The notes under the pieces are model-generated. The model was not told the origin of the DNA, searched no databases, and saw nothing but the letters and a program-made list of their open reading frames with translations. From positions 23,994,001 through 24,058,000 of the forward strand of contig NC_043008.1 in assembly GCF_006345805.1 (NCBI RefSeq): 64,000 nt of DNA. Direction: 5' to 3'. Below, in pieces: positions 61,691 to 64,000 of the stretch. Origin of the DNA: Octopus sinensis. Taxonomy: Eukaryota. Position numbers and translations under genes: made by a program. Numbering within the stretch: position 1 is the first letter of the stretch; each line of letters opens with the position of its first letter.

Positions 61691-62684
61691 GCATTAGACT
61701 GATACATTGGCAGATATAGATACAGTCATATGCAGTGGACTATATATATCAATCTACAAGATTTTAAAAAGGCTTGGCCGCAACACATACACACACCCAC
61801 ACAACCTGTTATATATGTCTGGTATATGCAAGTGCTGAAATACAATTCACATGGAGCTTTCGGCATTCATGTATAAATGAATGTGTGTGCGTCTGTACGT
61901 GCCTGTATAATGATGCACATGTATGCATTTGCACAATCATGAGAAACCCCAGAGAAAAATATGCGAATAATATTGCTGATGCTAAGCATATTTATACAAC
62001 ACGAGGAATACATCTTATCGATTTAGCTCACAAAAGAATAATAAGGCAGTTATAGAGATTAGCTGTATATATGAATATTTGAATGAAAATCAGAGCTAAA
62101 GAGGGATTTTATAACCAACATTTCTGTAACACAATTATGTACTCAGATTTGTACTCATAATTATTGGCGAACTTAGTTGTATGACTTTAAGTCTTTAAGC
62201 TATATGCTGTAAAATCTGTGGTTTTCATGCAAAGAAAATTACCATCTAACATATATTTGTGAACTTCGTTGTGTATGACACTTAAAATGTATATAACGTA
62301 TATAAAACGCAGAACGGCCTTAGCTGAAATATTTTGACACAGACAAACTTCTTTTAAGAGACATTGCGTATAATAGATACAGAGCTCGCTCAGAATACTG
62401 TCGATGGAACGTTAGGCACCGGTGTCTGGCGTCATTTGGTTTCCTCAGTGACAGAAAACCTGGGCAAACGAAGCTAGGTCGAAATTGCGTTCTACTATAG
62501 ACATCAACAAATAAGACATTCAATAAGTTTTGTGAAAGTTGACAAGGGTAAAGTTATATCAATATTCATGTTTGAAACTGCATTAGATTATAACTATGAT
62601 ACGAATAACATTTACAATCTACATAGAAATGTAGAACAAAAATGGGTGTAATATTTTCTAATCTATAATATAAATACCGTTCTG

Positions 62685-62727
62685 TATGTGTGTGTGTGTG
62701 TGTGTGTGAGTGTTTGTGTGTGTGTGT

Positions 62728-62781
<54 letters not shown>
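62685..62781. repeat. (TG)n microsatellite
   Basis: Direct inspection. Confidence 0.95.
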
Positions 62782-62785
<4 letters not shown>

Positions 62786-63084
62786 GATTATAACGGCTGT
62801 ATTTTTCAGCTGATTTTCTCCAAACCAGGAACATACATTACTTATGTTCCAGGAGTGGGTTTAGACTTAACGGGCCCCATGTGAGGGGGGCAGAAAACAC
62901 CCGTTTCTGGGTTACGTAGAGCAGGAAGGCAACTCTTTGCGAAGTAACTTTCAGAAATTGATTGCCTTCCTTACATCCATTGGTAATTTTTAAAAATGAA
63001 TAAAATATTGCTTTTTTTATTAGATTCCCGTCTTTGAAAGTTTTTTAAAATATTTACTTCCGGCTTTCTAGCGTCAGTGACGTC

Positions 63085-63206
63085 TATATCTCTCTCTATA
63101 TATCTCTGTCCATTTCTCTCTCTATTTATCTCTATCGCTCTATATATCTCTATCTTTATTTTTCTATCCATCTCTGTCTCTATAGCTATCTCTCTCTCAC
63201 TCTGTG

Positions 63207-63274
<68 letters not shown>

Positions 63275-63325
63275 CCTATCTACCTATCTATCAATCTATC
63301 TATCTATCAATATCTATCTTATTTC
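63085..63325. repeat. (TC)n/(TCTA)n microsatellite
   Basis: Direct inspection. Confidence 0.92.
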
Positions 63326-64000
63326 TCTAACTAGCTAGTTCTCTTTCCCCACTCTCTATATCTCACTTACTCTCTATTGTTTTCACTTACATTTTTCAGA
63401 CGCTATTGTTTTCACTTTTTTTTTCCGACGCTATTATTTTCACTTTATGTTCAATCGCTACTGTAAGTTTTCAATCGCTTTTTATAAACAACAAAGACAA
63501 ATTACTGAAAGAAGTTAATAATTACTGATGAAAGTAATTTCATACATAATTTACTAACATAAGTTGCTTCATAAATTTCACTACAATCCGTACGTTTTGT
63601 TAAATTTGCCTACAAATCTTATATTTACTTTTGCAACGTTTTGTGTATTTTGTTGTTGACGGAATTACTGATAAAAGCAAGTTCATAATTTACTGACAGA
63701 AGTAATTTCAACAATTTCACTTAAATACATACACTTAGTTAATTTCTCTAAATTTTATTTGGCAATGGTTTTGTGCTCCTCTGTTGTTTACGGCTTTTTT
63801 CTGGTTCCTTCGATACTGGCTCTTTGGTTCGCTGACAAATTTCGCTTCAACTTGTACAGTTCTTTATTTTCCGTAAAAAATTCTTATTTACTTTCTGCCC
63901 GTCGTATTAAGAAATATAACTTCCGTTACCCAGTTATTTTCATTGTTTACTATCTTCTGCACCCGTGTATTTCTGAATACGTATATAATCATGCCTAGAA

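Noticed and set aside
62782-63075. Possible non-autonomous Helitron or DINE-like repeat between (TG)n and (TCTA)n
   Set aside because: Single copy in the window and termini not identifiable, so it cannot be supported.
63500-63720. Short diverged ~20-bp units (AATTACTGA..AAGTAATT)
   Set aside because: Low-complexity AT-rich, irregular spacing; indistinguishable from a decayed minisatellite.

Overview
Eukaryotic, AT-rich, gene-poor genomic DNA made almost entirely of transposable elements and microsatellites. The tRNA-headed SINE family and the (TAA)n/(TA)n/(TATG)n content point to a coleoid cephalopod such as Octopus; this is my inference, not a database result. I found no host protein-coding gene, rRNA, tRNA or CRISPR array that I can support. 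The dominant structure is a nest of R4/Dong-clade non-LTR retrotransposons (RT, CCHC knuckle, restriction-like endonuclease) between about 8.9 and 37.5 kb. About five subfamilies are stacked in (TAA)n tracts, and where they abut such a tract their orientation follows its strand. Also present: several Tx1/L1-like LINEs, three RTE families, Penelope-like pseudo-LTRs carrying minimal hammerhead ribozyme motifs, mariner and Tc1 relics, a probable non-autonomous Helitron, a 520-bp fold-back element and many SINEs. The best leads are the hammerhead motifs, a structured RNA at an RTE 5' end shared with a solo 550-bp element, an in-frame Dong/RTE chimeric ORF, GAA microsatellites arising inside the Dong ORF, and an unclassified ~550-bp (AAT)n-tailed retroposon. 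Boundaries of decayed elements are approximate (tens of bp) and identities were judged by eye.
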